From NCBI GenBank assembly GCA_001179505.1, contig CDMY01000243.1, forward strand, positions 186,001-250,000: DNA of 64,000 nucleotides, in the 5' to 3' direction. This DNA is from Vitrella brassicaformis CCMP3155 (Eukaryota; Protista; Chromerida). Both the position numbers and the translations under genes were made by a program. Positions 36,504 through 50,200 of this stretch are shown here, one piece after another. The notes below the pieces were generated by a model. It was given only the letters and a program-made list of their open reading frames with translations, did no database searches and was not told the origin of the DNA. The first letter of the stretch is position 1; the number at the start of each line of letters is the position of its first letter.

Positions 36504-39500
36504 TCACTCCCTCCCTTCAGAAAACTTGTACCGGAGCTGACACAGCACCAGCAGCCCACACCAGGGATTCTCCTGGAAGCGGTAGTTCCACAGAGGCACC
36601 CACCGCAACCTGATTGATTGACACATTGATTGCAACCAACAGTCATCCACACCACACCACACCACACAACACCACACCACACCCGCCACACAGGCGTGGC
36701 GTGAACCTGGCTGCCTGTGGCCTAGCGACTCACCCTGGTCTGATGCACGACACGGGCATGGCCCCGGCCGCCAGGAACTCGCTCCTTATGCGGTCGTGGT
36801 CCCGTACCTCAAAGGCCACCATGGTGATGGCCGGGAAGTGGACATCAAACGTGAAGACCTGCTCGGCCCACGTCGGGTTGAAGCCGTTGTCGTCCACGTG
36901 CGGGGTGCGGAAGACGCGGCAGTCCGCTGGTGGCCCATCCACCCACAGAGTGACGTAAGGCGAGACGGCCTCCCCCCTGTGCTGGAGGTAGGGCTTGGGC
37001 AGCTGGTGGGCCGACAGGATCTTGACCGTGAGGGTGACGGGCGGGGGGTCGTCTGTGCGGACGCGGGGAGGGGGCAGGGAGGGGTCGAACATATCGACAA
37101 CGGGAGAAGGGTCGCGCAGCAACGCCGGCTTCAACACATAGCCACCCGCCGCACCCCCATTCTCAGCAAACCTGCCGGGTCGATAAAACAGAGAGAGAGA
37201 GAGAGTGTGTGTGTTTGTCTGGCCGTGTGCGTGTGTGTGTGTGTCCGATTGGTGGCGCATCTCACCTTCCCTCGTTGAGTATGGTGGGCAGTCCGCCCAT
37301 TTGGTAGTTGAGGGCGACCATCTGGCAGCCGGCGAGCCAGCAGGGGGTGGGGTTGAAGTTGGACGATGTCCACCGGGTGACTGTCATGACAACACATCAC
37401 AGCAGCCATCAACACATCAACACACCAATACATCAGTCAACACATGGATGGCCACACACGCCAGAAACAAACAGAGGCCTCCAGGGCATGCTATGCTCTG
37501 CTCACTGGAGGGGTAGACTCGTGAAAGGTATTTGCGGTGGAAGGTGACGAGCTCGAGTGGCCTCTTCTTGATCCACTTGCTCATCTTGGTCTCGTTCACA
37601 GACACTATGTCGCAGTCTGACCGACCAGACCAGACCAACCATGGCACGCCACCGCACCACAGACAGACAGACAGACAGTTGGGCAGACGATCCAATCCTC
37701 CCGTAGTATGGTACCATTTCTGGGCAGGTGGAGCTTCCACTTGACCTTGCGACCCGTGATAAAGATGCAGTCGTAATACTGACGAGGCAACCGCACACAC
37801 ACACACACACACACGAACGATGGACGAACGCGCCTCATCCATCCATCCATCCACACGTACCATTTGCAGCTCGTCTTCGGGGGGCATCACCTTGGACCGA
37901 CTGCGCGTGAGCTTCTCGATAAAGGTGGGACTCCGCAGCGGCCCCCCGGTGCCGTTGGTCACCGCCGACCTGCTGGCGTTGTCACCCGACGGCACGAGAG
38001 ACACACTCGACTCGGGGGCATTGGCTGCAGTCAGTCGACAAATGAATGCAGCCCCCACAGAGGAATGCAATGCTTGTGGGCTTGTGTTGGGGTGTGTGTG
38101 AGGTGAGGGATTGGATTGGGAGGCTGGTTGGTTACTCTCAGGTTGTGAGGCGGTGTATGAGACGATGGGGGAGCTGAGGTCGTCGACGTCCTCCTGCGAG
38201 CCCTTGGCGGAGAGGTTCTCGTTGGGCTGCAGCGCCGCCTCGCAGTCCGCCTCGAGAGCACGCTCCGTCTCCTCCATCTTGACACACATACGACCCGGTG
38301 TGGTGTGGTGTGGTGTGGTGTGGTGCAGACGGGCGTGTGTGCTCGTATAGTCACTGACTACCAGTATGTCTGCTTCGTTTCCTTCCTCCATCTCGGCCTG
38401 TCCCCTCTGTGGCGGCACCTTGCCCTTGACGATGAACCGATGGCGACACTCGTTGGGCGTTGGCAACTTGGCGTCGCTCATGCCGTCTGCACACGCCCAA
38501 CCACACCACAATGGGGGTGTGTGTGTGTGTTGGGTGTGTGTGTTGGGTGTGGTGGTGCTGACCTGGTGGCAGGCGCAGCATCTGTTCTCCAATGAGTTCG
38601 TTGAGTATCTGGCCGACCCGCGCCTTCTGCATGGGGGAGCAGTGCATCTCAAGCGACAGAATCACCGGATACGGCGAACGCTGGAAGGCGAAGTCCTTGC
38701 AGGCCTGCACGACGTCGGAGAACTTGATGCGCGAGGTCATTGTGTGTCCGTGGTAGATGACGGGCTCCCCGCTGGGCCCGTCCCAGCAGTCGAGCTCCAC
38801 ACACCGACACCCGCGGCCCAGCACTTCGACGTACTGACTCACCGACGACTTGCCCACCACCTGGTCACCTGAACAATCCAATCCACACACACACGGATGG
38901 ATGGATGGATGGATTGTGAGGGTGTGTGTGTGTATGTGACCTTCGAGGTATGTGTTGTGTGAAGACGCTATCCAGTACTCATTGAGGGGGCGGTCCATCG
39001 ACTGAGGGAGGGAAACAGGGAGGGAGGGCCAGACAGACGGTGTGTTAACGCGCCGGACGAAAGATGTCTAAGTCTATCTGTCTACCTGGTAGACTTTCCT
39101 CTTGGCTGGGTGAAAGAGCGAGTTGTGGTAGCTCGACAGCAGCTTCGAGAACCCTATCGCATTCAAGCCGCCCTGCACAGACAGACAGAACAAGCCAGCC
39201 GTCTCTCTCTCTCTCTCTCTAACAAGCCAGCCGTCTCTCTCTCTCTCTCTCTCTCCATCTCTGTGTCTGTGTGTCTACGTACGTCTTTGATGAAAGGTTC
39301 CTGCAGGCTCCTCATGCCCTTAAGCTCAGTGTCAATGTCTTCTTCAGCCGTCTGCTGCACGTCCACAAGGAAGCGACGATACCCTGCACCAGACAGACAG
39401 ACAAAGCCGAAGTGGATCGACGTGTAGACAGACGCCCCTGCCTGTGTTGCTGTGTGGCCATCCCATCACCACAAACACATACACTGCACCACAGCACACC

Positions 39501-40072
39501 ACAGCACACCAGCGCACCTTCCTCGGTGACGACCCCTTTAGCGGGGTCCTTGTAGGAGTGGAAGTACTCGTCCAGGTCGCTCAGGATCAGCAGCGAGTTC
39601 AGCATCTGAAACGACATCAGGAACCACACACAACTTGAATGGCACTCGTGAATTTGTCTGCTGCGGCTGTCTGTCTGTCTGTCTTTACCTCGACGAACTG
39701 CTCGTAGTGAAGCGACTGCGTGCCGTCCGTGTCAAACTGACAAACGGACCACACACACACGAAGGAAAGGAATTGGCAGGTCGGCAGGAAGGGTAAGGGT
39801 CGTCTCACGTGCTGGAGGAGCCGGTAAGCATGTCTCCTGTCGGCCGATATGTTGAGCCGCTGCATCAACTTGAGCAAATCCTCAAACCCAACACTCCCTG
39901 TATGTGTCCACACGCACACACACACACACACAGAGAATTGTGCCTTAGTGCCGTCCGTCCGGCCACCCACATGCATTAGATCTGTACCAGCTCCATCTCT
40001 GTCGCATAGGTTCCACTGCTTGCCGATGAAGTCGTTGTAGCTCTCGTGCTGCAGACGGCGGTTGGCCACCAC

Positions 40073-40112
<40 letters not shown>

Positions 40113-40494
40113 AGACTTAGACAGCCACTGGATCCAGGCAGACCCATCGGCACACACACGCACTCAACCTGACCCTCTGCAGCACATGTGCCAGCGCCGA
40201 AGCCCACTGGAGAAACTCCTGATACGATTTATGCCCCCCGCCAGACAGACAGACAGACAGACAGACCAACCGCAGGCAGATGTGTGTGGGTCCTGGTATG
40301 GTGGTTGAAGCTGGTGGCTTGCCCGGTCACCCACCTCTTCGGAGGCGAAGGTGAGTCTCAGTTTCCTCTTGACGCACACGAGCTCCAGCGACAGCTCGGG
40401 GTCGGGCTTGGTCTTGAGGAAGTCAGAGTCCATCCCAGGCACCAAACGAACAACGTCCTCAAGTGCAACTGGTCAGTGTTAAACACACACACAT

Positions 40495-40527
<33 letters not shown>

Positions 40528-41124
40528 TGTGCCAAGCACCGAGTGACCAAGGTAGTGTGTTGTCTTTGCTTTGCCCACCTTGTGAGCGGGCAGGGTCCTT
40601 CTTGGGCGACTGCCACTTGAGCGTGCGGGCCTTGGCGTCCAGCCAGAACGAACGAACGTGCTGAGACACACACACACACACAAACACAAACACACACACA
40701 CACAGACGCATGTCAACACACACAGAGGTGGAGTGGCAGCTCCATAGCTCCCTCCCCTCCCCTCTCCTCCCTCTCCCCTTTTCATCTCATCTCACCTTCC
40801 GCCGCCCATCGCGGCAGTACTTGATCACGTCACTCCCCTGGCTGGCCTGCAGGGCATGGCATGGAACCGATCGATTCATCACAACACAGAGACCAAACGG
40901 GTGCTGCCCGTCCCGTCCCGAGGCCCTCGTCTGCTTACAAAGTCGAGTGCAATCTTGGCGTCGATAGGCGAGATGATTGCGGTGAGGCGGGGCGAGAGAA
41001 GGTGCACGACGACGGCTGCCCCATGGCTGCTCGATGACCCGTGCGGATCCTCCCCCTTGGTCGCGGGGTGCGAGTGGCCAGTCACCAAGGTGCTGCTGCC
41101 GCGCGAGCTGCTCTTGCGGATCAT
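36504..41124 (-). CDS. PLC: Phosphoinositide-specific phospholipase C (PH, EF-hand, X, Y, C2), multi-exon
   Basis: X box: [46 protein letters not shown] box: [27 protein letters not shown]2: [18 protein letters not shown]. Start codon approximate. Confidence 0.97.
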
Positions 41125-41386
41125 CACTCACTCACTCCACCATGATGAGATCTACCATCCTGGAAGGGCTCGAGTGGAGTGAGTGCTGTTCAATCGGTGT
41201 TGCTCTCACGTGTGGCTTCTGGCTCTTGAGTGGTGCCGTCGGGAGCCGCCCAGGCTAATCGATGAAAATCGGTTGCGAGCTAAAGCACGCGGCTTGGGTG
41301 TGAGACGAGAAGGAAGCAGTTCCCCTGACGTCTCTCCCTAGATCTGTGCTGTCCTCCCTCCGCCAGTCACCAAACCGCCGCTCAAC

Positions 41387-42382
41387 ATGTCCTCCAAAGG
41401 GTAAGCACAGACCCACTCCCAACTCGGAGGGAGGGGAGGGTGGTAGTTCCTGCCCACCCCCTGCCTGTGTGCGTGTGTGCAGCACGTGTAAGTGGTTCAA
41501 CTCGTCGAAAGGCTTCGGCTTCATCCAGTGCGCCGACGGATCTGAAGACGTCTTCGTCCACCAGTCCGTTAGTAAGCCGAGCGAACCGACACAACACAAC
41601 CAACGGACACACACACACGCGAGAGGGAGGGAGAGGGAGGGGGGAGGTGGCCGTTCAGACAGTTTGTAGTGTGTTGGTGCGTGTGTGTGATCCCTCCCTC
41701 CCCATCCCATCCGATCAGTTCACGCCCGCGGGTTCCGCAACTTGGCAGAGGGCGAGGAGGTGGAGTTCGACATCGAGACCGACGACAGCGGCAGACGCAG
41801 AGCCGTCAATGTCACCGGTAACTAAGTCAGTGGGTTGGGTCGACGCACAAGTCCATGTCTCACCGGCATCTGACGTGTGCATCTGATGTATGTCATCAGG
41901 TCCGGGTGGTGACTATGTGAAGGGTGACCGCACTCGCCCCAACGAGGGAGGCGGAGGCGGCTGGCGCGGCGGGGGCGGATATGGCGGCGGACGGGGTGAG
42001 TCAGTGCCCTGGGCCATCACACAAGACAACAGACACAGATCCTGATTGATGTCGTGTGCTGTGCACCAACCACGGTGTGTGTGCGTGTCAGGTGGCTATG
42101 GCGGTGGTGGCGGCTACCGCGACCGCGATGACTACGGGGGCGGCGGCTATGGTGGCGGCGGATACGGCGGTGGCGGCTACGGAGGCCGACGTGACGACAG
42201 TGAGTGCTCACGCGACAGACAGACAGACAGACACCACTCGCCCATTCACTCATACGCACCACAACACACGACACCACACCACACTGCTTGGTGTCCTCCC
42301 TCCTCTGTTGTGTTGATGTCTGTCAGGCTATGGCGGCGGCGGGTACGGTGGCGGCGGCGGCTATGGGGGGGGCCGATACTAG
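41387..42382 (+). CDS. Cold-shock domain protein with a glycine-rich (GGY) tail
   Basis: [52 protein letters not shown], then GGYGGG repeats. Confidence 0.95.
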
Positions 42383-42399
42383 GCGGCCTCCGCAGTCAG

Positions 42400-42429
42400 T
42401 CACATCACATCATGCATGATGTGCTGTGA

Positions 42430-42463
<34 letters not shown>

Positions 42464-44970
42464 ACATGTGCATGGCTGGAGGAGTGGCTGACTGATGAAC
42501 GATGCGATACGGGATGGATGGGATGAGGGGGGGATCGTCATGGGAGTCATGGGAAGGTCATTTCCTTCTTTTGGCCGGCCAGAAGGCTGTGCTGTGCTGT
42601 TCTGCGCTTCCCTCCCTCAGTGCACTAATGTCGTGGCTCTTGGTGTGGCTCGCGCATCCACTCGCGAGGCAGGGGGTGGAGCACATGCTTGTGCCTGCGC
42701 CCCCTGCCGACCGGCTGGGTCGTCGAGTCGCACCAGACAGCCGCGATACGTGCCGTGGAAGCCGACTTTGCGCGTGTGTGGGAAAGAGAGCGGGGAAAGG
42801 GGTCACGGGAGTCAGCCAGCAGGGAGGATATCGGCAGGGCAAGGCCGTCTGAAGGAAGTTTGTCATTTCTCGCCCTGCCTGCCTGCCTGTCTGCCTGTGG
42901 TGTGTGTGAGGGGAGAGGAGAGAGGGTAGGGTAGGGATCAGGGGGAGAGAGTGCTGTTGGGCATGGCATGGAGAAAACCGAAAATGACAGTGATGGATTC
43001 GACTCGTACGTCTGTGAGTGAGAGTGAGCGTGTCGGCGTGCCGCCTTGTGTGTAGGCATGCCTGCTGTGCTGCTGCTGCTGTGGTGCGTGCCGTATTGTG
43101 TGTGCTGTATTGTGCTGTGCTGTGCTGTGTCGGACCGATCATCCCCTCTCTCACGCCAGCTGGCGGGGCGCCTGAAGGATCCCCATAGCCCCGCATAGCC
43201 CGGTGCTGTGTGTTGTGTGTGTATATGTTTGTTGTGTTGTGTTGTGTTGTGTTGGTTGACTGACTGACTGACTCACTCACGCCCACCCATAATTTGCCAC
43301 ATACATACGCTTACCATTCACTGGGCTGATGGACCGATGGATGGACGTCTCACCCTCTCTCGTCTCGGCTTCTCAACTCTGGTTCTCTCGTCCAGCTGCT
43401 GCCTCGCCGCTGGCTGGCTTGCCTGCCTGCTGCCCGCGACCGACTCGCGTGGCAGGTCACCTTTTTCCTAGCAGGTGCCTAGCTAGCCGGTGGCTGCTGA
43501 CTGACTGGCGAGAGAGCGGTGTGTGTGCGGGTGCGGGGCGTGGCGTGGCGTTCATGCGCACACGCACACACGTGCCTCAATCAATGATCGACGGTGTGGA
43601 AGGAATAGCAGCAGCAAGCAGGGAAGAAAGACCGACCGACCGGCCGACCTGCCGATAGTTGATCAGATCAATCCATTGATACGTGTGTTGCGTGTGTGCA
43701 TGTGCCTCGAGCTTCTGCTCTCATCTTTGTGTGTGTGTGCATCGCTTTTCTCTCGCCCAGCCTCGCCTCGTGTCGCCTCCTGCTTGGAGCGCAGCGCTTC
43801 GTTCGTGCCTCAGTTTTCTCCCTCCCTGCCAACTTCCCAATGCATGTGCTGCTTGCCAGACAGACCGACCGACCGACCAGTGTCAATCAACAGCGAGACA
43901 AAAGACAGACAGCCAGACAGAGACCGACCGACAGACCAGACCGATCAGTGACTGTGGATTATTCTTTCCTACCCTCCCTTGCTTGCCGCCGCCTGCTTCA
44001 ATCGAGGCAGGCGGGCAGCCAGAGACAGATCAGATCGATGTATCCACTAACTGAACTGATGTAGCGGGCAGGCCAGACAGACTGACAGACACTGACTGAC
44101 ATTTGGTGGTAGATCTCTCTCGAGAGCAACACAGACAGACAAACAGACAGACCGACCGACTCACGTGTGTGCCAAGCGAGCCGCGTAGCATATGCATGTG
44201 TGGATGACGACAGACAGACAGACAGACAGAAGGACAGATATATCCGAGCCGACGAGTGACACAGGGGTGGTGGTTAGTGCGGGCGGTGGGTGGGTGTGTT
44301 GTGTATCTGTTTTAAATGACATATACATGGTGGGTGGAGTGGCGCCCTTGTGTGTTCTTTCTCACCACGTTGATCGTTCGTTGCCCGTTGCCGGATGGAT
44401 GGATGTGTCGCGTGTCGCTCATGGTACGGTGCGGTGTGTGCAGATGATGTTATACAACACCACTACACGGGTGTGAGTGTATCTTGTCTGTCGTCTCTCT
44501 CGTGGTGTGGTGTGTTGTGTTGTGTTGTCCTACGGGCTCACTCACTACTACCAGACAGACAGACAGAGAGACACAAGACAGCCACACACACACACACTCA
44601 CACACACTTGTATCGATCGCTGATGGTGTCTGTATATGTCTTCTACCCACCACCCCACCCCGCCCCAACCCCCTTGGATGGATGGATGGATGGACGTGGA
44701 ATGAGTGAATGAGTGGAATGGTCGATGACTCCCCCTGCCTGCCGACTTGCATACACGATGGATGGGTGTACATGATTTCTTGAAATGAATTCATCCTGTC
44801 GAACGACAACAACACCGCTCCCTCCCCGCCGTCCACACACACACACATATGGAGGGAGGGATCCGCACGCCGCCACAGACACACAACACAGCACAACACA
44901 AGCACGCCAAATGCTCAAAACCCAACGACTGACTACATGCACAATCGCATGGCAGGCACATGATCACCAA
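42400..44970. repeat. Microsatellite-rich intergenic stretch (GT/CA, GA, CAGA, GACC, GGAT, GTGTT arrays)
   Basis: Simple repeats are directly visible; no confidently spliced gene. Confidence 0.8.
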
Positions 44971-44983
44971 TTGATCACACACA

Positions 44984-46136
44984 TCATAAAGACGACAGCT
45001 GATTCTCTGGAGGCGGTCTCTCTTTCGACAGCTCAGAGATGGCCTTGAACACGGGATTGTCCTGCACACACACACCACCGTCACCGCCACCACCACACGT
45101 CCAAGTCCGAGCAGGAGAAATGTGTGTGTCCCGACCGACCTTGGTCTTCATGAGTTCGAAAAGGACCGACTCCGACGTGGTGACGACCGCCCCGGCACCC
45201 TGCATCCTCTGCAGCGCCGCGGAACGGTCCAGTGCTCGCTGACTCGACACACCGTCTGCAAGCACGTGAACTGACCAACACACACACACACACACACACA
45301 CAGACATACACACAGACATACACACAGACCAACTGTTGACCCGACCGAAACAGGGCGTGTGTTGCCCATCCGTGGCCGCGTACCTGAGTAGCCCGCAGCA
45401 ATGAGGTCGAGAGCGGTCTGCTGCACACAGACATGCGCCTCTATCCCGAACAGCACGACGGAGCGGCGGTCCCGCATCTCCTTGGTGGTCATCCAATTCC
45501 TACACACAGCGCACCCACACACACACACACACACACTCAGACACACGCAGAAGGGTCTGGACAGGGGATGGTGCTGGCCGGCCTTGCATTGCACGCCTTA
45601 CCAGACTTCGGGAATACACATGGAGAACTGTGTCTGCAGCAAGTGCCAAGCAATGGGTGGATGGATGGATGGATGGATGGCGCCCTTATCGATCTGTTGC
45701 GCATGACATGTCATGTGAAGCTGCAGCGAACCTTCTCAAATTTCTGTGCGCCAGAGATATCAATCTCGGACACCGTGTGCAGCAGCGCCTTGGGGTACTG
45801 CTCGGTCACGAGCAATGGAATACCTGAGATGGGAGCCACCCGAACGTCACGTCAATCAAACACACAACAGCAGCAGATGATACCATGAGTGTCTGTCGGT
45901 GTGTTTGGCTGACCGAGGGTCTTTGCCGCAGCGGCCATTTGCTTGCTGGTGTGGATGACGTGCGCCATGTTATAACATAGCGTCCTGAACCGCTCCTGCA
46001 CCTCGCACCGCATCGCCTCATCTATCTATCTGCAGCTGTGTGTCAGGTGTGCAGGTGTCAGGGGTGTGATTGTCTGTACCTGCACATCGCAGCAGAAGAA
46101 GACCGTCCCGGAAGGCTTCAGCCGCACCAGACTCAT
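44984..46136 (-). CDS. Isochorismatase-family hydrolase (ISOC1/2-like), multi-exon
   Basis: TVFFCCDVQERFR, TEQYPKALLHTV, VVLFGIEAHVCVQQTALDL, VHVLADGVSSQR, TSESVLFELM. Confidence 0.95.
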
Positions 46137-47256
46137 AGATCCGCTTCAGCTTGTCTGAGAGGATTTACCGCGAGGAGACGTCTGCTGGGGAGCATTAGAA
46201 GGAAGCATTAGCAAGCAGCGCACGCATGCGTCCAGCCATGCATCCGTCGTGCGCGTCATGCGTGGGCGAACCAATCACACGCATACACGCGCGCGCAGGC
46301 ATGCACTCATGCACCACTCGCCGCATCGACGTACACGGGAAAACCACAGGCTCCCACCGCGCACCGCACCGCACCGTCCACCCATCCGTCCGTCCGCACA
46401 TATCCCAGCTGGCAATGGATGAATTAATTGGCGTACGTGGTGCATACATGCGGTCGGTGCACATGTGGTGCGCTATATATAGACAGGGAACACACACACA
46501 CACACACACACAATACATTGTCAAATTGCATTCGCAGCAGCTGAGTGAGTGAGTGAGTGATCGAGTCAGTCAGTCAGTGGGTTGGGTGAGTGCACTCCCC
46601 TGGCTTCGCTTCAACTCTGTCTGTACAACGGTTGTCACTCCAACGTACGGCATGAAGGGCAGCCAGCCAGCCAGTAAGAAAGAGCCAGAATCCATACGCA
46701 CACACCGTCAGAGGTGGGCGCGGCGCCCGCCCGAACACTCACTGACTGAATTGACCGAATTGATTGATTGACAGACATTGACAGGCAGGCACGCAGATGA
46801 AAGAAAGAGCGACAGACCCCGCCGGCGCCGCGCCCCCGACACCGACCGCACCCAAAAGGTCAAAAAGCACTGTCAATGGATGATTACTTCAGCCCTTGAG
46901 TCAGTCAGCTTTGGCAGCTCCCACGCACCGAACCGCACCGCACCGCACGCACCCAAGCAAGCACGGCACGCACATCGACTCCACCGAAGAAAGCAACCCC
47001 ACCCCTGTGTGCTGTGCGGCCCTCTGCCGCGTCTCCTCCTTGCCTCCCTCCTCCCATCCCTCGTGCCGTCATTCACACCGACCTGACCTCGTTTGCAGCA
47101 GACAGACAAAAAGAGCCAGCCATGGAATGAATCGATTCGTCCCTTGATCCATCCATCCATCATTCCATTCAACAAAACACTTATGTACTTATCGACACAC
47201 CAGGGCCTAGACCATCCATCCATCCATCGGTCGCTCCTTCACAACACTCGCTCTCT

Positions 47257-50200
47257 CTACGCCTGCACCTTCTCCTTCCCGCCGCCCTCTCCCTCTCCCT
47301 CTCCCTCCCCGCTTCTTTCGTCCGTCTCGACCGAATCCTTTTTCTCAGCACTCTTGCCACTGTCACTGTCGGCTTGTTTCAGCTGCTGAGTGGTGCCCTT
47401 GAGGATGGCTAACGCCTTGTCCATGGCCTCCTCGGGTGTTGTGGCGATGTGGACGAGGCCGCCCTCCACGAGCCCGTCAGTCCACGCCGACCGGTACTGC
47501 CGGATCTTGCCGTAGTTGTTGTCCAGGATCACGTGAGGCTTCCGCATCAACGTGCACAGAATGTGCGCGTGGAGGCGATCGGCCACGACCACCTGACACA
47601 CACACACACACACACACACAGCCAGCCGGCCAGGGTGCAGGGCAGGGTGCATCTGCGGCTCGGTGTTGTCGGGTCGGTTGGCCGCTCATGACTGGCTCAC
47701 ATTGCCTCTGGCGAGGAACTGCAGGCCCCTGTTGAGTCGCGATTTGGTGACGACGGTCTGGAAGAACTCGTACCCCTCGCCGTTGCGGACTGGGTACTTT
47801 TCGCGCCACTTGATGTTGGTGCTGTTGTAGCTCACCCAGTCGTCCTGCTTCACTTTCACGCCCTTGGGCGCTGGCGGCAGCTTGTAGTCCCTTTTCTCGC
47901 GATCAGTCCGCTTCACCCACAAGATGTCATACGTCGGAGAAATCGGGGGCGGCTGAAACAGACAGACCCACACACACAACCACAGAGAGACAGAGATCCA
48001 CAACTGCTCGTGTGTGGGCCAAATGGCCTCCCCTGGTTACTCACCGTGACGCCCATCATGAAAGCGGAGTCCGGGAGCATGTAGGCCATCTTGTACTCAA
48101 AGGGGCACTGCATCAGCCACTCGTAGCTGGGGATGTCCCGGGCGATGAAGGATATGTTGGGGTGCCGCATCTTCTCGGCGTGAGCCACCATCGTGTCGTC
48201 GTGCTCGAACTTGATGGTCTGTGGGAAGACGACGATGGGGTACTCGGGGTGGTCCCGGAACCTGGCCACGAGACGCTCGCGGTCGTCCACGTACTTTTGC
48301 CAGATGTCGCCGAAGTTGCCGCCGCCCGTGTAGAAGATGATGAGTGGGTCGTCTGACGACTGGGCCACCCGCAGCGCCTCGTCGTAGTCGCAATCCTCCG
48401 CCAGCTTGGGCGCGCAGAAATGCACCACTTCCAAGCCCAGCTTCTGCACAAGCAAGTGTGGATGCCATGCATGGGCACACAGAACCGTACACACGCACAC
48501 GAGCAGATGGATGGGGTGGATGTGGGAGTGTTGTTGTGTGGGTATGGGCTGTGCTGGGCTGTGCTGGGTCGGTTGGCTTGCCTTGAGGACGAGGTATTGC
48601 CCGTAGTTGATGGCGGCGTCGCCCTTGTTCTCGTGGTCGGCCAGCCCAAACATCATGGCCCGCTTGTACCCCTTGACCAGCTGATTGACAGACAGAAGAC
48701 ACACACATGGCATGGTCCATACACAGAGCGCTTCTGTCGGGTCGGTTGCTCTCTTTCTCTCTTTCTGTCGTTGAGTGATGTCCAGTGCTCACCGCCGAGT
48801 AGGCGTCGATCATGGCCTCCTGCTGCGCCCCGATGACCCCCTCCCACGTCCTCTCCTCGAGGATCTTCTGCGACACCGCCATGGTGCGACTCCTCTCCGC
48901 CTCGTCTACCCTCGGCGCCACCGCAGCTGCACCCTGCTGCTCGCCCCCGACCTCCTGCGCCTGCTCGCCCTGCTCTGGTGGCTGCTGGTCCTCTGCTGGT
49001 GGGGGTGGCGGTTGTTGATCCCCATCGCCATCGCCACTGCTGCCCTGAGGCAGCGCCATGGAGGCGGCAGCAACGTTCTGTGACACGACCTTCTCTTTGT
49101 CCGCCTCCTCCCCGTCTGCTGCTGCTGGTGGGGCTGGTGGTGGTTGTGGTTGTGGCTGTGCGTCAGCTCCTGCGCCGCCAGTATTTGCGGGCTGCTGCGG
49201 CGCTTTGGCCTTGCCCTTGAGATTGGCGGTGGCGACGGTTGACGCGCCGAGGAGGGAGTTGAGGTTCTCGGGGGAGGCGATGTTCTTGATGGCCTCCATG
49301 ATGGGCGCGTCCGAGCTGCAACGGGTGGCAATCGCTGTCGACACACACAGACCAGACAGACAACAGGTGTGTCGGTAGGTGGCTGGCTGATGTGACGGAC
49401 GGACGGATGTGTGTGCGTACCTGTGTGCCAAAAGACGAGGCAGACGACGAGCGCGCCGAGAAGAGACCACCAGTTGGGATACCTGCCGCCGCCCTGCGAG
49501 GCATGGCCCTTCAGCACCTCCTTCTCAGGCGCCTTCTTCTGAGCAAACCAACACACCAACGACAATCAAGCAGAGACCATCCATCCATCCATCCATCTCG
49601 CCCCCTCGCTGACCGGTTTGGCGGATTTGCTGAGGTGCAGGCCGATGATGGCCATGAAGGAGCCCAGGATCTGCACGCCCGTCGGCAGCCCGCACCGCAG
49701 CACCTCGGCGGTAATGATGATGACCGCCCGCTTGACGGCGTTGAAGTAGGCGTGCACTATGGGGCTCGACACCATGGCCAGGAACCCCAGCGAGGCCATG
49801 TTGTAGGTCGAGTGGAACAAGCCGGACAGCAGGGCGGGGGGGATCGACACACTCGTCGGCGCGGCCCCCACCATGAAGAGGCAGAGGGAGATGAGGCACG
49901 CCACACAGCACCCCAGCACCGACAGGACGAAGAAAGGGATGGTCGCACCCTCCCCCTTCTTGGACACCAGCACGTTTCTTAGAGAGATGGAGAGAGCCCC
50001 CAGGAGAGCGAAGAACACCGCAATCAGCGACCCCGACCCGCCGGAGCCCCCCTGCACCGTGTCGTGCACCACAAGGATGATCCCAAAGCTCGAGAGCGAC
50101 AAGGCGGCGATCTGTGCAGTGGGCGCCGCTGTCCCCGCGATTAGCCATGCGAGGATGGTGGTAATGATGAGCTCGGAGCACTTGATGATCTGGACCAGCA

